Below are positions 36,518 to 48,807 of a stretch of 64,000 bases of DNA, one piece after another. Both the position numbers and the translations under genes were made by a program. The notes beneath the pieces were generated by a model. The model was not told where the DNA came from and searched no databases. It saw only the letters and a program-made list of their open reading frames with translations. Each line of letters starts with the position of its first letter. Position 1 is the stretch's first letter. Origin of the DNA: TPA_inf: Saccharomyces (Eukaryota); contig BK006939.2 in the NCBI GenBank assembly GCA_000146045.2, forward strand, positions 160,001 to 224,000, read 5' to 3'.

Positions 36518-36852
36518 ATGCACAGCTAAAACAGAGACAAAACTGCATGCCTCTTCTCCCCTTTATTATCACCTTTAAAAAAGATAAAAAAAGAAACTGG
36601 AAAAAAGGTAAAAAAAAAAAAAAAATTAAATAAATACGAATACGTTTTCTCATGACCATTGTACTAGTAATCACAACCATGATACTTGAATAACTTTTCT
36701 GTTTTGTGCTGTATTAAGCACAACCGTTATTTTTTAATTTATAGCGTTATACCACTATATTATTGTAGTCATTATAGTTATTATCCCGGGTAACAAAAAT
36801 TTCATTCCAACGAGGTAATAGTTCCACTTTTCAGGCAGGAGGACGAAAAACA

Positions 36853-36861
36853 TTTGCCACC
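36853..36861 (-). promoter_or_regulatory. PACE element (TTTGCCACC on the plus strand, which is GGTGGCAAA on the minus strand), about 90 bp upstream of RPN3
   Basis: Exact 9-mer present. Confidence 0.55.
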
Positions 36862-36947
36862 CAAGAAAGAGACAAAGCAGTAGGTAAGGCATTCATCACA
36901 CAATTTGAAAGGGGGTATAGTAAAAAAAATTCAATTGAGCAAATAGA

Positions 36948-38519
36948 ATGGCTAGCACTGCAGTAATGATGGACGTGGATTCTTCCGGGGTCAATGACTT
37001 GCACCATTCTGAGAAGAAATATGCGGAAGAAGATCAGGTTCAGGAACTATTGAAAGTTTTGAATGAGATCTCCAAGACCACTTTAACGCTGGACCCAAGA
37101 TATATATGGAGGAGTTTAAAGGACTTGAGCTCTTTAAGGAACCAGGAGCTTTTGAATGCGGAAACTTTATGTTTCACAGTGAATGTGCTGTACCCTGATT
37201 CTTCTTCATTCAAGAAGAATCTGCTGAAGTTCATTACTTCTAACCATAAATCGTCCGTACCGGGGTCAGCTGAGCTTAGAAACTCATATCCAGCCTCTTT
37301 TTATTCCGTAAACACTGAGAAAAAGACCATTGAAGTGACAGCTGAAATTAATTGCTTCATGCATCTACTAGTCCAGTTGTTTTTATGGGACAGTAAAGAA
37401 TTAGAACAATTGGTAGAGTTTAATAGGAAGGTTGTTATCCCAAATTTATTGTGTTATTACAATTTGCGTTCCTTGAATTTAATCAACGCTAAGTTATGGT
37501 TCTACATCTACTTGAGTCATGAAACGTTAGCGCGCAGCTCCGAGGAGATTAACAGCGACAACCAAAATATAATCTTAAGGTCCACGATGATGAAGTTTTT
37601 GAAAATCGCTTCCCTGAAGCACGACAACGAAACCAAAGCCATGCTGATTAACTTGATCTTGAGAGATTTTTTGAATAATGGCGAGGTTGATAGCGCGTCT
37701 GATTTCATTTCTAAACTAGAATATCCTCACACAGACGTTTCCAGTTCATTGGAGGCAAGATATTTCTTCTATTTATCGAAAATTAACGCCATTCAACTGG
37801 ATTATTCCACTGCGAACGAGTACATTATTGCAGCCATAAGAAAAGCCCCACATAATTCCAAGAGTTTAGGGTTCTTACAGCAATCAAACAAACTGCATTG
37901 TTGTATTCAATTACTCATGGGTGATATTCCAGAATTATCATTTTTCCATCAATCAAATATGCAGAAATCTCTCCTTCCTTATTACCATTTGACCAAAGCC
38001 GTTAAATTAGGTGACTTGAAAAAATTCACATCTACAATCACAAAGTATAAGCAGTTGCTATTGAAGGATGACACCTATCAACTCTGTGTTAGATTAAGAT
38101 CTAATGTTATCAAGACAGGTATCAGGATCATCTCCTTAACGTATAAAAAAATTTCATTAAGAGATATTTGTTTGAAACTGAATTTGGATTCGGAGCAAAC
38201 TGTAGAATACATGGTTTCAAGGGCTATTAGAGATGGTGTTATTGAAGCCAAGATTAATCACGAGGATGGCTTTATCGAAACCACAGAATTACTAAACATT
38301 TATGATAGTGAAGATCCTCAGCAAGTATTTGATGAAAGAATCAAATTTGCCAACCAATTACATGATGAATACCTTGTTTCAATGAGGTACCCTGAGGATA
38401 AAAAGACTCAACAAAATGAGAAAAGTGAAAATGGTGAAAATGATGATGATACGCTAGATGGTGATTTGATGGATGACATGTCTGATATCTCGGATCTCGA
38501 CGATTTGGGATTCTTATAA
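36948..38519 (+). CDS. RPN3: 26S proteasome lid subunit (PCI domain), 523 aa
   Basis: PCI architecture and an acidic C-terminus are present; an upstream PACE supports a proteasome gene. Confidence 0.88.
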   Translation: MASTAVMMDVDSSGVNDLHHSEKKYAEEDQVQELLKVLNEISKTTLTLDPRYIWRSLKDLSSLRNQELLNAETLCFTVNVLYPDSSSFKKNLLKFITSNHKSSVPGSAELRNSYPASFYSVNTEKKTIEVTAEINCFMHLLVQLFLWDSKELEQLVEFNRKVVIPNLLCYYNLRSLNLINAKLWFYIYLSHETLARSSEEINSDNQNIILRSTMMKFLKIASLKHDNETKAMLINLILRDFLNNGEVDSASDFISKLEYPHTDVSSSLEARYFFYLSKINAIQLDYSTANEYIIAAIRKAPHNSKSLGFLQQSNKLHCCIQLLMGDIPELSFFHQSNMQKSLLPYYHLTKAVKLGDLKKFTSTITKYKQLLLKDDTYQLCVRLRSNVIKTGIRIISLTYKKISLRDICLKLNLDSEQTVEYMVSRAIRDGVIEAKINHEDGFIETTELLNIYDSEDPQQVFDERIKFANQLHDEYLVSMRYPEDKKTQQNEKSENGENDDDTLDGDLMDDMSDISDLDDLGFL

Positions 38520-38586
38520 GGGCGCATAAAAAATAAATAACTACCATTCATAACAGAAATTCATTCGTATATACATAAAGTTCTCA

Positions 38587-38618
38587 TAAACGTATATATA
38601 TATATATATATATACTTA
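38587..38618 (+). repeat. (TA)n dinucleotide microsatellite, 3' of RPN3
   Basis: tatatatatatatatatatatatac. Confidence 0.9.
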
Positions 38619-38811
38619 TTGATATCAAAGTGTGTTACTTTCTACATTCATAGACGGGGAAGAAAAGTGAGGAAAAGTTGTTTTCTCTTGTGCACTGCAG
38701 CCCTTTGAAAAAGTAGAACTGCAGAAAAAATAACTGAACGTAAAGCATTATTTACTTTTCAAAGGCAAAAGAGATAGAGCCAAAAAAATTGTAAGCAGCT
38801 TAAAAGCCATA

Positions 38812-40875
38812 ATGACAACGGAAGATCCAGATTCAAATCACTTAAGTTCCGAAACTGGCATTAAATTGGCATTGGACCCGAACTTAATTACATTGGCACT
38901 AAGTTCTAATCCAAACTCTAGCCTTCATTCACCAACGTCTGATGAACCCGTACCTGAATCTGCAGGAAAAGCAGATACTAGTATTCGACTAGAAGGTGAT
39001 GAGTTAGAGAATAAAACTAAGAAAGACAATGATAAGAACTTAAAATTTTTGAAGAATAAAGATTCTCTAGTCAGTAATCCACACGAAATTTATGGCTCCA
39101 TGCCGTTGGAGCAATTGATCCCAATCATCTTAAGACAGCGTGGTCCAGGCTTTAAATTCGTTGATTTAAATGAAAAAGAATTGCAAAATGAGATTAAGCA
39201 GCTTGGTAGTGATAGTAGTGACGGTCATAACAGCGAGAAGAAGGACACTGATGGCGCTGATGAGAATGTACAAATTGGAGAAGATTTCATGGAAGTGGAT
39301 TATGAAGATAAAGATAATCCAGTGGATTCACGAAATGAAACAGACCACAAAACGAATGAAAATGGCGAGACCGATGATAATATTGAAACGGTAATGACAC
39401 AGGAACAGTTTGTTAAAAGAAGGAGGGATATGCTAGAGCATATAAATCTGGCCATGAACGAATCGTCTTTGGCTTTGGAATTCGTTTCTTTGCTACTGTC
39501 GAGTGTTAAAGAGTCTACAGGTATGTCATCAATGTCACCATTTCTTAGGAAAGTTGTTAAACCTTCTAGTTTAAACAGTGATAAAATTCCATATGTTGCA
39601 CCTACAAAAAAAGAATATATCGAGTTGGATATATTGAATAAGGGATGGAAGTTACAAAGTTTAAACGAATCTAAAGATCTCCTACGCGCAAGTTTTAATA
39701 AACTGAGTTCCATATTACAGAACGAACATGACTATTGGAATAAGATAATGCAGAGTATTAGCAACAAGGATGTTATTTTTAAGATTAGGGACAGGACTAG
39801 TGGTCAAAAGCTGTTGGCAATTAAGTATGGTTACGAAGACTCTGGATCTACCTATAAGCATGACAGAGGTATTGCTAATATAAGGAATAATATAGAATCA
39901 CAAAATTTGGATTTGATACCCCACAGTAGTTCAGTGTTCAAAGGCACTGATTTCGTACATTCAGTAAAGAAATTCTTAAGGGTTCGTATCTTCACAAAAA
40001 TCGAATCAGAAGATGATTACATATTGAGTGGCGAAAGTGTGATGGATAGGGATAGTGAAAGTGAAGAAGCTGAAACGAAAGATATCAGAAAGCAAATCCA
40101 ACTTTTGAAAAAGATCATTTTTGAAAAAGAACTGATGTACCAAATAAAGAAAGAATGCGCTTTGTTGATTTCCTATGGTGTCAGTATTGAAAACGAAAAC
40201 AAGGTAATAATTGAACTACCTAACGAAAAATTTGAAATCGAGTTGTTGTCCCTTGACGATGACTCCATTGTCAATCATGAACAAGACTTACCAAAAATCA
40301 ACGACAAGAGAGCAAATTTAATGCTTGTTATGTTGAGACTATTATTAGTCGTTATATTCAAGAAAACATTACGATCGAGAATAAGCTCACCCCACGGACT
40401 GATCAATTTGAATGTTGACGATGATATCTTAATAATACGTCCCATTCTTGGTAAAGTTCGGTTTGCTAATTACAAACTGTTACTAAAAAAAATCATAAAG
40501 GATTACGTGCTCGATATAGTTCCTGGCTCAAGTATAACAGAAACGGAAGTTGAGAGAGAACAACCTCAAGAAAATAAAAACATTGATGATGAAAATATAA
40601 CTAAATTAAATAAAGAGATCCGTGCCTTCGATAAACTATTGAATATACCTAGACGTGAACTCAAAATAAATCTACCATTAACTGAGCACAAAAGCCCTAA
40701 TCTAAGTTTAATGCTCGAAAGTCCTAACTATTGTAACGCACTCATTCACATCAAGTTTTCAGCTGGTACGGAAGCCAACGCAGTGTCCTTTGACACAACA
40801 TTTTCTGATTTTAAAGAAGTAGAGGACTTCCTACATTTTATTGTCGCTGAGTACATCCAGCAAAAGAAGGTGTAA
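38812..40875 (+). CDS. SRB4: Mediator head subunit Med17, 687 aa
   Basis: Length, position, and recognised sequence all match. Confidence 0.85.
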   Translation: MTTEDPDSNHLSSETGIKLALDPNLITLALSSNPNSSLHSPTSDEPVPESAGKADTSIRLEGDELENKTKKDNDKNLKFLKNKDSLVSNPHEIYGSMPLEQLIPIILRQRGPGFKFVDLNEKELQNEIKQLGSDSSDGHNSEKKDTDGADENVQIGEDFMEVDYEDKDNPVDSRNETDHKTNENGETDDNIETVMTQEQFVKRRRDMLEHINLAMNESSLALEFVSLLLSSVKESTGMSSMSPFLRKVVKPSSLNSDKIPYVAPTKKEYIELDILNKGWKLQSLNESKDLLRASFNKLSSILQNEHDYWNKIMQSISNKDVIFKIRDRTSGQKLLAIKYGYEDSGSTYKHDRGIANIRNNIESQNLDLIPHSSSVFKGTDFVHSVKKFLRVRIFTKIESEDDYILSGESVMDRDSESEEAETKDIRKQIQLLKKIIFEKELMYQIKKECALLISYGVSIENENKVIIELPNEKFEIELLSLDDDSIVNHEQDLPKINDKRANLMLVMLRLLLVVIFKKTLRSRISSPHGLINLNVDDDILIIRPILGKVRFANYKLLLKKIIKDYVLDIVPGSSITETEVEREQPQENKNIDDENITKLNKEIRAFDKLLNIPRRELKINLPLTEHKSPNLSLMLESPNYCNALIHIKFSAGTEANAVSFDTTFSDFKEVEDFLHFIVAEYIQQKKV

Positions 40876-41075
40876 TATCCTGAGTCACTCCTTAAACCTA
40901 CATACATTGCCATAGAATGCCATTTATTACTATATAAAGTCGCATACGTACAAAAGGACAAGATCTTATCTTCGAAAACAAGAATATGAAGGATTTAATA
41001 ACATTGCCAGGTTAAGAACGGTGTAACAACAATAGAAGTAACACAACACCAATAGCAAACAAACCAACTACAGAT

Positions 41076-41936
41076 ATGACTTACACATTGGCAATTTTAG
41101 GCTGCGGTGTTATGGGCCAAGCACTTCTTTCCGCCATTTATAATGCTCCAAAGGCGGCTGATGAAACTGCTGCTGCATTTTACCCTTCCAAAATTATCAC
41201 ATGTAACCATGATGAACCTAGTGCACAACAAGTTACCGATCTAGTTGAGACATTCGACGAATCTCCTAACGGTATTAAAGTCGAAAGCACTTACGGTCAC
41301 AACGTGAGCGCTGTCGAAGAAGCTTCTGTAGTTCTTCTTGGTACCAAGCCATTTTTGGCCGAAGAAGTGTTGAATGGTGTGAAGAGCGTCATTGGGGGAA
41401 AGCTACTTATTTCCCTGGCTGCTGGCTGGACAATTGACCAATTGAGTCAATACACTAGCACTGTTTGCCGTGTTATGACGAACACACCTGCCAAGTACGG
41501 ATATGGTTGTGCGGTGGTGTCCTACTCAGCTGATGTTTCCAAAGAGCAAAAGCCACTGGTCAACGAATTGATTAGCCAAGTTGGTAAATACGTTGAGCTT
41601 CCAGAAAAGAACATGGATGCTGCTACGGCTTTAGTCGGTTCAGGCCCCGCTTTTGTTCTCTTGATGTTAGAATCCTTGATGGAGAGTGGGTTGAAATTGG
41701 GAATCCCATTACAAGAGAGTAAGGAGTGTGCCATGAAAGTTCTAGAAGGAACAGTGAAGATGGTTGAGAAAAGCGGTGCTCATCCATCCGTTTTAAAGCA
41801 TCAAGTTTGCACACCAGGTGGTACAACTATTGCCGGGTTGTGCGTAATGGAAGAAAAGGGCGTCAAGAGCGGTATTATCAATGGTGTTGAAGAGGCAGCC
41901 CGTGTTGCGTCACAATTAGGCCAAAAGAAGAAATAG
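41076..41936 (+). CDS. PRO3: pyrroline-5-carboxylate reductase, 286 aa
   Basis: An NAD(P) Rossmann start (LGCGVMGQA) and the P5CR C-terminal dimerisation domain are present. Confidence 0.9.
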
Positions 41937-42191
41937 ATTGCTTTGCGTGAAATGTATGTATGTTCGCTTTGTAGCCGTATATTATTTTTTTATTACTGAC
42001 CTTGCATTTTTTCGTCATTTTCCCGTCGGTCCGATAATGAATCATCACGATGAATGACTACCCCATAATAATGACACTAATTGGAGCGTATAAAAGAAAA
42101 AAATTATATAAATGTGTTTGTAATGAGTAAGAGCAATTGATTCATTTGAAATGAAAATCAAAAATCAAAATTAAAATAAAACTAAGCAACC

Positions 42192-44963
42192 ATGTCAAGC
42201 GGCAGTACTATTGTTTCGTCTGACAAGTCGGGGCGAACATTTAAGCATGAGGAAGAACTACCCAAGTTACCATTACCTAAACTCTGTGACACTTTGCAGC
42301 GTCTGAAGGAGAGTTTAGAGCCATTGTATTATGCTGATGGTTACTATCAACATCCTTTAGATCCAGAACAAATTGAGAAGCTGTCATCCATAATAAGAGA
42401 TTTTGAAGAGAATCCCGTAAGTGAGAAGCTGCAATCTAAACTACAGAGCTACCATGACACTAGGGATTGCTACCTTGATGAATTACACTTAGACATCAAT
42501 AACCAGACCTCCACTAGGGAGATTCAGGACGATGTCCTACCCAGGAATCCCTTCTTGGTTCTCGCAGATGACGCTTTGCCAAACATCACTCAAGCTGATA
42601 GGTCAGCCGTCCTAGTGCACTCTGCGGCCAGGTTTATTTCTGCTTTGAAACAAGATTTGTTGCCACCAGATATCAATGCCACCAATGGCAAACCACTGTC
42701 AATGGCTCCATTTCTGAACTTGTTCGGTACTACTCGTAGTCCTGTTTTTCAGCGCGGTGAGGTTGAAAATTTTGATTTGAACAAACCTTACACAGCATCT
42801 GATTTAGAAGACCCTGATTATTCAAGCGATGAGGACGATAACGACGAACCCACCCAAAAAGACTTTGATGACCGTAAAAGAAAACACGAAGAAGACATAT
42901 TCACTGGCAATGGTATAACTATAAAAAGACATCCGGATAGCAAACACATCTTGATCATCTCCAGGGGCCAATACTATACACTGGAAGTACTTGATTCGAC
43001 GAATAAAATTATATACACTGCTGCAGAATTAACCACAATTTTCAACCATATAATAAAAGATTCTTCTGGCATTGAAAAATCAACTGCGTTAGGTAGTTTG
43101 ACCTCTCACTCTTTTAGAAACTGGAAATATGCAAGGAAGAGACTACAGAAAAGGTATCCTAATGAATTACATCGCATAGACTCTGCTCTGTTCGTGTTAG
43201 TGCTGGACGAATCACAAGAAGAAACTACCAATGATGGCGATGATACCGCTGATATCAGTCAAATGTTTAACAGGACTATCACTGAGCGAGACAAGAAATG
43301 TACTTCCGCCAATTGTAAGAGAGTGTTTTACGGTACTTCTATAATAAATAGCAAAGGCCATCAAGTGGGTTCATGTGTTTCTCGTTGGTATGATAAATTA
43401 CAGTTAGTTGTCACTGCAGATGCAAAAGCCACAGTGATTTGGGATTCCTTCACATGTGACGGGTCAGTCGTGCTTCGGTTTACTTCTGAAATTTATACAG
43501 AATCAGTCTTGAGATTAGCTAGAGACGTTAACGCCGGTGACCCACAGTTTTCACTCTGGCCTAACGTGACACAAATGGATCCTGAAACTAAAAAACTGAT
43601 GACGGCGACCATAAGTGCCGACGGCGGAGGCCCTTCTGAAATTGACCCTAAGTTGGTTGTAAATAAAATCGATTGGTCTTTCAGTAACATCCTGAACACA
43701 CATGTCCATTTGTCAGAAACCAAACTAGCTGATCTGATTTCCAAGTATGATATTGTTCGCGCTTCTATTCCATTGGGCAGAAGGTCAGCTCAAAGATTAG
43801 GAGTCAAGCCCGATTCGATGGTTCAAGTAGCTTTACAAATAGCTCACTATGCTTTGTATGGAAGAATGGTGTTTGGATTAGAACCAGTATCCACACGTGG
43901 TTTCAAAAACTCGAGATCATCTTTTATTAACATTCAAAGTCAAGCGCTGTTGGAACTATGTCAATTGTTTATTTCTAGCTCCATTGATGGGACAGATAAA
44001 TTAGACAAATTTATCCAAACCTGCGAAACACATAATAACATGGTTAAACATGCAAAGTCTGGGGTAGGTTATGAAAAACACTTCAATGCATTGAAATATC
44101 TCTTCAAATTTCATGACCATTTTGGTATCCACTTAAGTGGTGATGAATCATCTGCTGCGAAAGATCTTTTCGAAAATCCACTTGTTTTACCTTTCTCACA
44201 GCCTGAGTTGATTGTTGCCAACTGTGGTAATGCTGCTACCACGACATTTGGTATAACTCCTGCTGTACCTCATGGCTTTGGAATAGGGTACATCATTAAA
44301 GATGATCAAGTAGATTTGACCGTGACATCGCAATTTCGACAGGGTGACAGGTTAATGTTTATGTTAAGTTGGGTGTTAGGCGAAATTCGTTCCTACTGGA
44401 GGATGTCACGCGGCACTTCTCATAATAAAACTGGCGTGAAGATCAGTCCAGTGGTCGATAAATTGTATGAAATGGACAATGCAGTCAATAATCCTCCGAA
44501 ACGTAACGGCCATACAGTCAATGGCTCCCGCAAAACATCTTCTTCATCACAGGTAAATTTGAACAGGTATGGCGGGTTTTTCGATTTGGAAGGCCACATT
44601 GACAGTAGGAATATATCTAAAACACCATCGATGAAGAATTTGCAGAAAACCTTCAATGGCTTGACCATGAGCGCAGACAATGATCATTCAAGTTCCGCAG
44701 TTTCCGTTCCCACAGAAAAGGAAAAATTAAATACAGGCCATGAAATTTTACAGATCCAACCGCGGGAAGTGGCAAGTAATGGGTTGGAAGCAGATGATGA
44801 GACAGATATTGAAATAGTTGCTGGCAATGCTGATGGCACATCCTCTTCGGCATCTTCAGCTACATCTCTAAATTCCAAGAAACGTAACGTCATCAACTCA
44901 AGATTCGATATTGATTTTGACCGCAGTCGTGTGGGTAGAAAGGTGGCGACCTTAGATCAATAA
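42192..44963 (+). CDS. YAT2: carnitine acetyltransferase, 923 aa, with a long low-complexity C-terminal extension
   Basis: Choline/carnitine acyltransferase family motifs are present, and the position matches. Confidence 0.85.
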   Translation: MSSGSTIVSSDKSGRTFKHEEELPKLPLPKLCDTLQRLKESLEPLYYADGYYQHPLDPEQIEKLSSIIRDFEENPVSEKLQSKLQSYHDTRDCYLDELHLDINNQTSTREIQDDVLPRNPFLVLADDALPNITQADRSAVLVHSAARFISALKQDLLPPDINATNGKPLSMAPFLNLFGTTRSPVFQRGEVENFDLNKPYTASDLEDPDYSSDEDDNDEPTQKDFDDRKRKHEEDIFTGNGITIKRHPDSKHILIISRGQYYTLEVLDSTNKIIYTAAELTTIFNHIIKDSSGIEKSTALGSLTSHSFRNWKYARKRLQKRYPNELHRIDSALFVLVLDESQEETTNDGDDTADISQMFNRTITERDKKCTSANCKRVFYGTSIINSKGHQVGSCVSRWYDKLQLVVTADAKATVIWDSFTCDGSVVLRFTSEIYTESVLRLARDVNAGDPQFSLWPNVTQMDPETKKLMTATISADGGGPSEIDPKLVVNKIDWSFSNILNTHVHLSETKLADLISKYDIVRASIPLGRRSAQRLGVKPDSMVQVALQIAHYALYGRMVFGLEPVSTRGFKNSRSSFINIQSQALLELCQLFISSSIDGTDKLDKFIQTCETHNNMVKHAKSGVGYEKHFNALKYLFKFHDHFGIHLSGDESSAAKDLFENPLVLPFSQPELIVANCGNAATTTFGITPAVPHGFGIGYIIKDDQVDLTVTSQFRQGDRLMFMLSWVLGEIRSYWRMSRGTSHNKTGVKISPVVDKLYEMDNAVNNPPKRNGHTVNGSRKTSSSSQVNLNRYGGFFDLEGHIDSRNISKTPSMKNLQKTFNGLTMSADNDHSSSAVSVPTEKEKLNTGHEILQIQPREVASNGLEADDETDIEIVAGNADGTSSSASSATSLNSKKRNVINSRFDIDFDRSRVGRKVATLDQ

Positions 44964-45250
44964 GAACGCTCTTTGTTTATCTATTTATTACTAGCATTAT
45001 GCGTAAGCTTGGCGTGATGTGATATATACTTGTTATATGAAGTATATCAATATGCTTTAATTTATGCTTATTATTTGCTCTCATGTCAGTAACCCGGACC
45101 AGATTTGCCATTGAAAAAATTTTCATAGAATAGCCCGATGCTGATCATCAGTACAAAAGACAGAGATTTCATCTCGACCTGTACCAGGAGCTAAGCAAAG
45201 AGGGCGGAAAGAGCGTAATACACCGTTAACATCGCGCATTAGAGGTAGAC

Positions 45251-46834
45251 ATGAGTGACTTACAAGACCAAGAACCTAGCATTATTATCAACGGTAATTT
45301 GGAACCAGTTGGTGAACCAGATATCGTTGAAGAAACGGAAGTTGTAGCTCAAGAAACACAAGAAACACAAGATGCTGATAAGCCAAAGAAGAAAGTCGCC
45401 TTCACTGGCTTGGAAGAAGACGGGGAAACTGAAGAAGAAAAAAGGAAAAGGGAATTTGAAGAAGGTGGTGGTTTGCCCGAACAACCATTAAACCCTGATT
45501 TTTCAAAATTAAACCCACTATCCGCCGAAATTATCAACAGGCAAGCTACAATAAACATCGGTACCATCGGTCATGTCGCCCACGGTAAATCCACAGTAGT
45601 TAGGGCTATTTCAGGTGTCCAAACAGTCCGTTTTAAGGATGAATTAGAACGTAACATTACTATTAAGTTAGGTTACGCTAATGCTAAAATTTATAAATGT
45701 CAAGAGCCTACATGTCCCGAACCTGATTGTTATAGATCATTCAAATCTGATAAAGAAATCAGTCCTAAATGTCAAAGACCAGGTTGTCCGGGGCGTTACA
45801 AATTGGTCCGTCACGTTTCTTTTGTTGACTGTCCCGGTCACGATATCTTAATGAGTACTATGTTATCAGGTGCTGCTGTTATGGATGCTGCGTTACTGTT
45901 GATTGCAGGTAATGAATCTTGTCCACAACCTCAAACCTCAGAGCATTTAGCTGCCATTGAAATCATGAAATTAAAGCACGTCATCATCTTACAGAATAAG
46001 GTCGATTTAATGCGTGAAGAAAGTGCCTTAGAACACCAAAAATCCATCTTGAAGTTCATCAGAGGTACCATTGCTGACGGTGCTCCTATTGTACCAATAT
46101 CCGCTCAGTTGAAGTATAACATCGACGCAGTTAATGAATTTATTGTCAAGACTATTCCCGTACCACCAAGAGATTTTATGATTTCTCCAAGGTTAATTGT
46201 TATTCGTTCATTTGATGTTAATAAGCCAGGTGCTGAAATCGAGGACCTGAAAGGTGGTGTTGCCGGTGGTTCTATTTTGAATGGTGTTTTCAAATTAGGT
46301 GATGAAATTGAGATTAGACCAGGTATTGTCACCAAGGATGATAAGGGTAAAATTCAATGTAAACCAATCTTTTCTAACATTGTCTCCTTATTTGCCGAAC
46401 AAAATGACTTGAAGTTTGCTGTTCCCGGTGGTCTGATTGGTGTTGGTACTAAAGTTGATCCTACCTTGTGTAGAGCTGATCGTCTTGTCGGTCAAGTCGT
46501 CGGTGCTAAGGGTCATTTGCCAAACATTTATACTGATATCGAAATCAACTACTTTTTGCTACGTCGTCTATTAGGTGTCAAAACAGATGGTCAAAAGCAA
46601 GCCAAAGTCAGAAAATTAGAGCCAAATGAAGTTCTTATGGTCAACATTGGTTCTACCGCTACGGGGGCTCGTGTGGTTGCCGTTAAAGCTGATATGGCAA
46701 GATTACAGTTAACGTCGCCCGCTTGTACTGAAATTAACGAGAAGATTGCTTTGTCGAGACGTATCGAAAAGCATTGGCGTTTGATTGGTTGGGCAACCAT
46801 TAAAAAGGGTACTACATTGGAACCCATCGCTTAA
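45251..46834 (+). CDS. GCD11: eIF2 gamma subunit, 527 aa
   Basis: The GTP-binding motif GHVAHGKST, a zinc-ribbon with a C-x2-C...C-x2-C pattern, and an EF-Tu-like domain order are all present. Confidence 0.92.
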
Positions 46835-47356
46835 GGAACCAATAAAACCACTGCAAAGACAAAAATTTCATAATTAATCTGAAAGAAAGTGAAGATAAGA
46901 AACGGGCTAGGAGGAAGGGAAACTGACACTTCTGGTTATTGCAATATGCTCATATACATTGATGCGTAATGACATTGATGATCTTTATTCTCTTTTTATA
47001 ACGTTTTCTTTCTTTTTTTTTCCTTCTTACATAGTATTCAACTGTATATTTAACATGTTTTACGTATTTTTAAGAAAAAATTACTAAACGCGATAATATT
47101 AAGCAAATATTTATCTCATAGTTCTCGAACTCATTTATTTCCCATTGATGCCATGAAAACCTCTCAAACCTTTATCGTCTAGTTACACCAGTAGTCAATA
47201 AACTGCCTTTCTTTTTTTACACCCAACATACTCTACACTAAATCTTATCGGTGGTTTGTACATGGAGACAATTGCACAAAGATAATGAAGCTCCAAAATT
47301 ATTCAGTATCTATTGAGTATATATAACCTTGAAAAGGTTTTATTTTATATAAGTTC

Positions 47357-47428
47357 GCCATCTTAGTATAGTGGTTAGTACACATCGTTGTGGCCGATGA
47401 AACCCTGGTTCGATTCTAGGAGATGGCA
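47357..47428 (+). tRNA. tH(GUG): tRNA-His (anticodon GUG), 72 nt; a T-rich pol III terminator follows
   Basis: The sequence GCCATCTTAGTATAGTGGTTAGTACACATCGTTGTGGCCGATGAAACCCTGGTTCGATTCTAGGAGATGGCA contains a B box GGTTCGATTCT and the anticodon GTG. Confidence 0.93.
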
Positions 47429-47643
47429 TATTTATTTTTTATATTCTTAATATACAAAGAATGTCGTGTGAAGCTGTAGGCACAGGTAATTTTGTAACCA
47501 TAGTCAGATGTGGTGATCATGAGAGCGAATTATAATTTTATACCAGCTGGCAAGAATTGAGTAATATTTAGACCAGCATATAAAAGTAGAATAAAAAGTT
47601 ATATGTACAAATTTTTTTTGACGCCAGGCATGAACAAAAACTA

Positions 47644-48474
47644 CTATGGCTTTGGAATTTTCAAGCTCTTCGAAATCATTCCACACCCATGGATAAAAAA
47701 TACTAGAATAATTGGATGAAATTCCAATATTTGGTCTTCTCTAAAAATGCCGAATGGGATGTTATCAAAAATTAAACCCTTTCTGACACAATATGCCATA
47801 CCCAACACCAAAGCTAGAGTGGTTGGCATAGGCAATCCCTCAAAATATTTAGATTTACCTGTGCTAGAATCTTTGGGTAATTGAGCAACGGTGACATTAA
47901 ACCTTGCTAATCTCGCTAAGCCGCAAAGGACAAAGAAAGATAAAATCATGACATCGAATGTAGTTTGAAATCCAATGGCAAAAGCAATTGCAGCCGGAGC
48001 CACACCAAAGGAAACCAAGTCGGCCAAAGAGTCCAGTTCTTGACCCATTAAGGAAGACCTATTTCTCAGACGTGCTACTCTCCCGTCAAGGAAATCGAAA
48101 CACATACCCAATAAAATAAAGAAATGGGCACGCTGGACGTAATGAGGTTTACCTGTAAGCGTAAATCTCAGACAACTTACAATAGAGTAAAACCCAGAAA
48201 ATCCATTCAGCATAGTAATGTAATCTGCCATATGCAAATTCCTCATCATGCTGAAATGATGTTCGTCACTTGTAAATTTTTGGATATCAGTAGCATTAGG
48301 GGGGGCCAATGGAGTTGTATTTATAGAAAATATACTTGAGGCCCTTCTGCTTAATGTGCCACCAACTTCATCTGAGGCATACCCGTCATTTTCGTCTCTG
48401 TGTTCATTTACGATAACGTCTGTGTCCGTGTGTGGGAATTCTTGAGGTGCGAAATCTTCATCTGATTCAACCAT
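47644..48474 (-). CDS. CHO1: CDP-diacylglycerol-serine O-phosphatidyltransferase (phosphatidylserine synthase), 276 aa
   Basis: The CDP-alcohol phosphotransferase motif DGxxARxxxxxxxxGxxxDxxxD and multiple TM segments are present. Confidence 0.9.
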   Translation of the reverse strand: MVESDEDFAPQEFPHTDTDVIVNEHRDENDGYASDEVGGTLSRRASSIFSINTTPLAPPNATDIQKFTSDEHHFSMMRNLHMADYITMLNGFSGFYSIVSCLRFTLTGKPHYVQRAHFFILLGMCFDFLDGRVARLRNRSSLMGQELDSLADLVSFGVAPAAIAFAIGFQTTFDVMILSFFVLCGLARLARFNVTVAQLPKDSSTGKSKYFEGLPMPTTLALVLGMAYCVRKGLIFDNIPFGIFREDQILEFHPIILVFFIHGCGMISKSLKIPKP

Positions 48475-48627
48475 TTTTTAATATATAGTTTTATTTTTGT
48501 TTTTTGATTGAATCAAATAGACAACTAAAAATGACAATCACCCACAAAATGAAAAAAATAGGTGTATCTCTCTTTCCTTATTTATAATGTTTCCTATAAA
48601 ATACGGATCTTCATCTTTAGATGGGTC

Positions 48628-48637
48628 CATGTGAAAG
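48628..48637 (-). promoter_or_regulatory. inositol/choline-responsive element (UASINO/ICRE, consensus CATGTGAAAT), about 155 bp upstream of CHO1
   Basis: CATGTGAAAG is a 9/10 match including the core CATGTG E-box for Ino2/Ino4. Confidence 0.55.
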
Positions 48638-48807
48638 CTCAAAGGCGTGAGGGTGCCGTGTGAACGTTCAAAGTGATTTTGACCAATTACTGATATATAT
48701 TCAGTGTCTGGCACAGAAGTCTGCACACATTGAGAAGGAGTGGGGATTGATGTTAGGGATATCTTCTATAATGCTACTAATTTATATATACATCCCGTAA
48801 CAATTAT

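Noticed and set aside
48124-48339. 71-aa plus ORF
   Set aside because: It is antisense inside CHO1.
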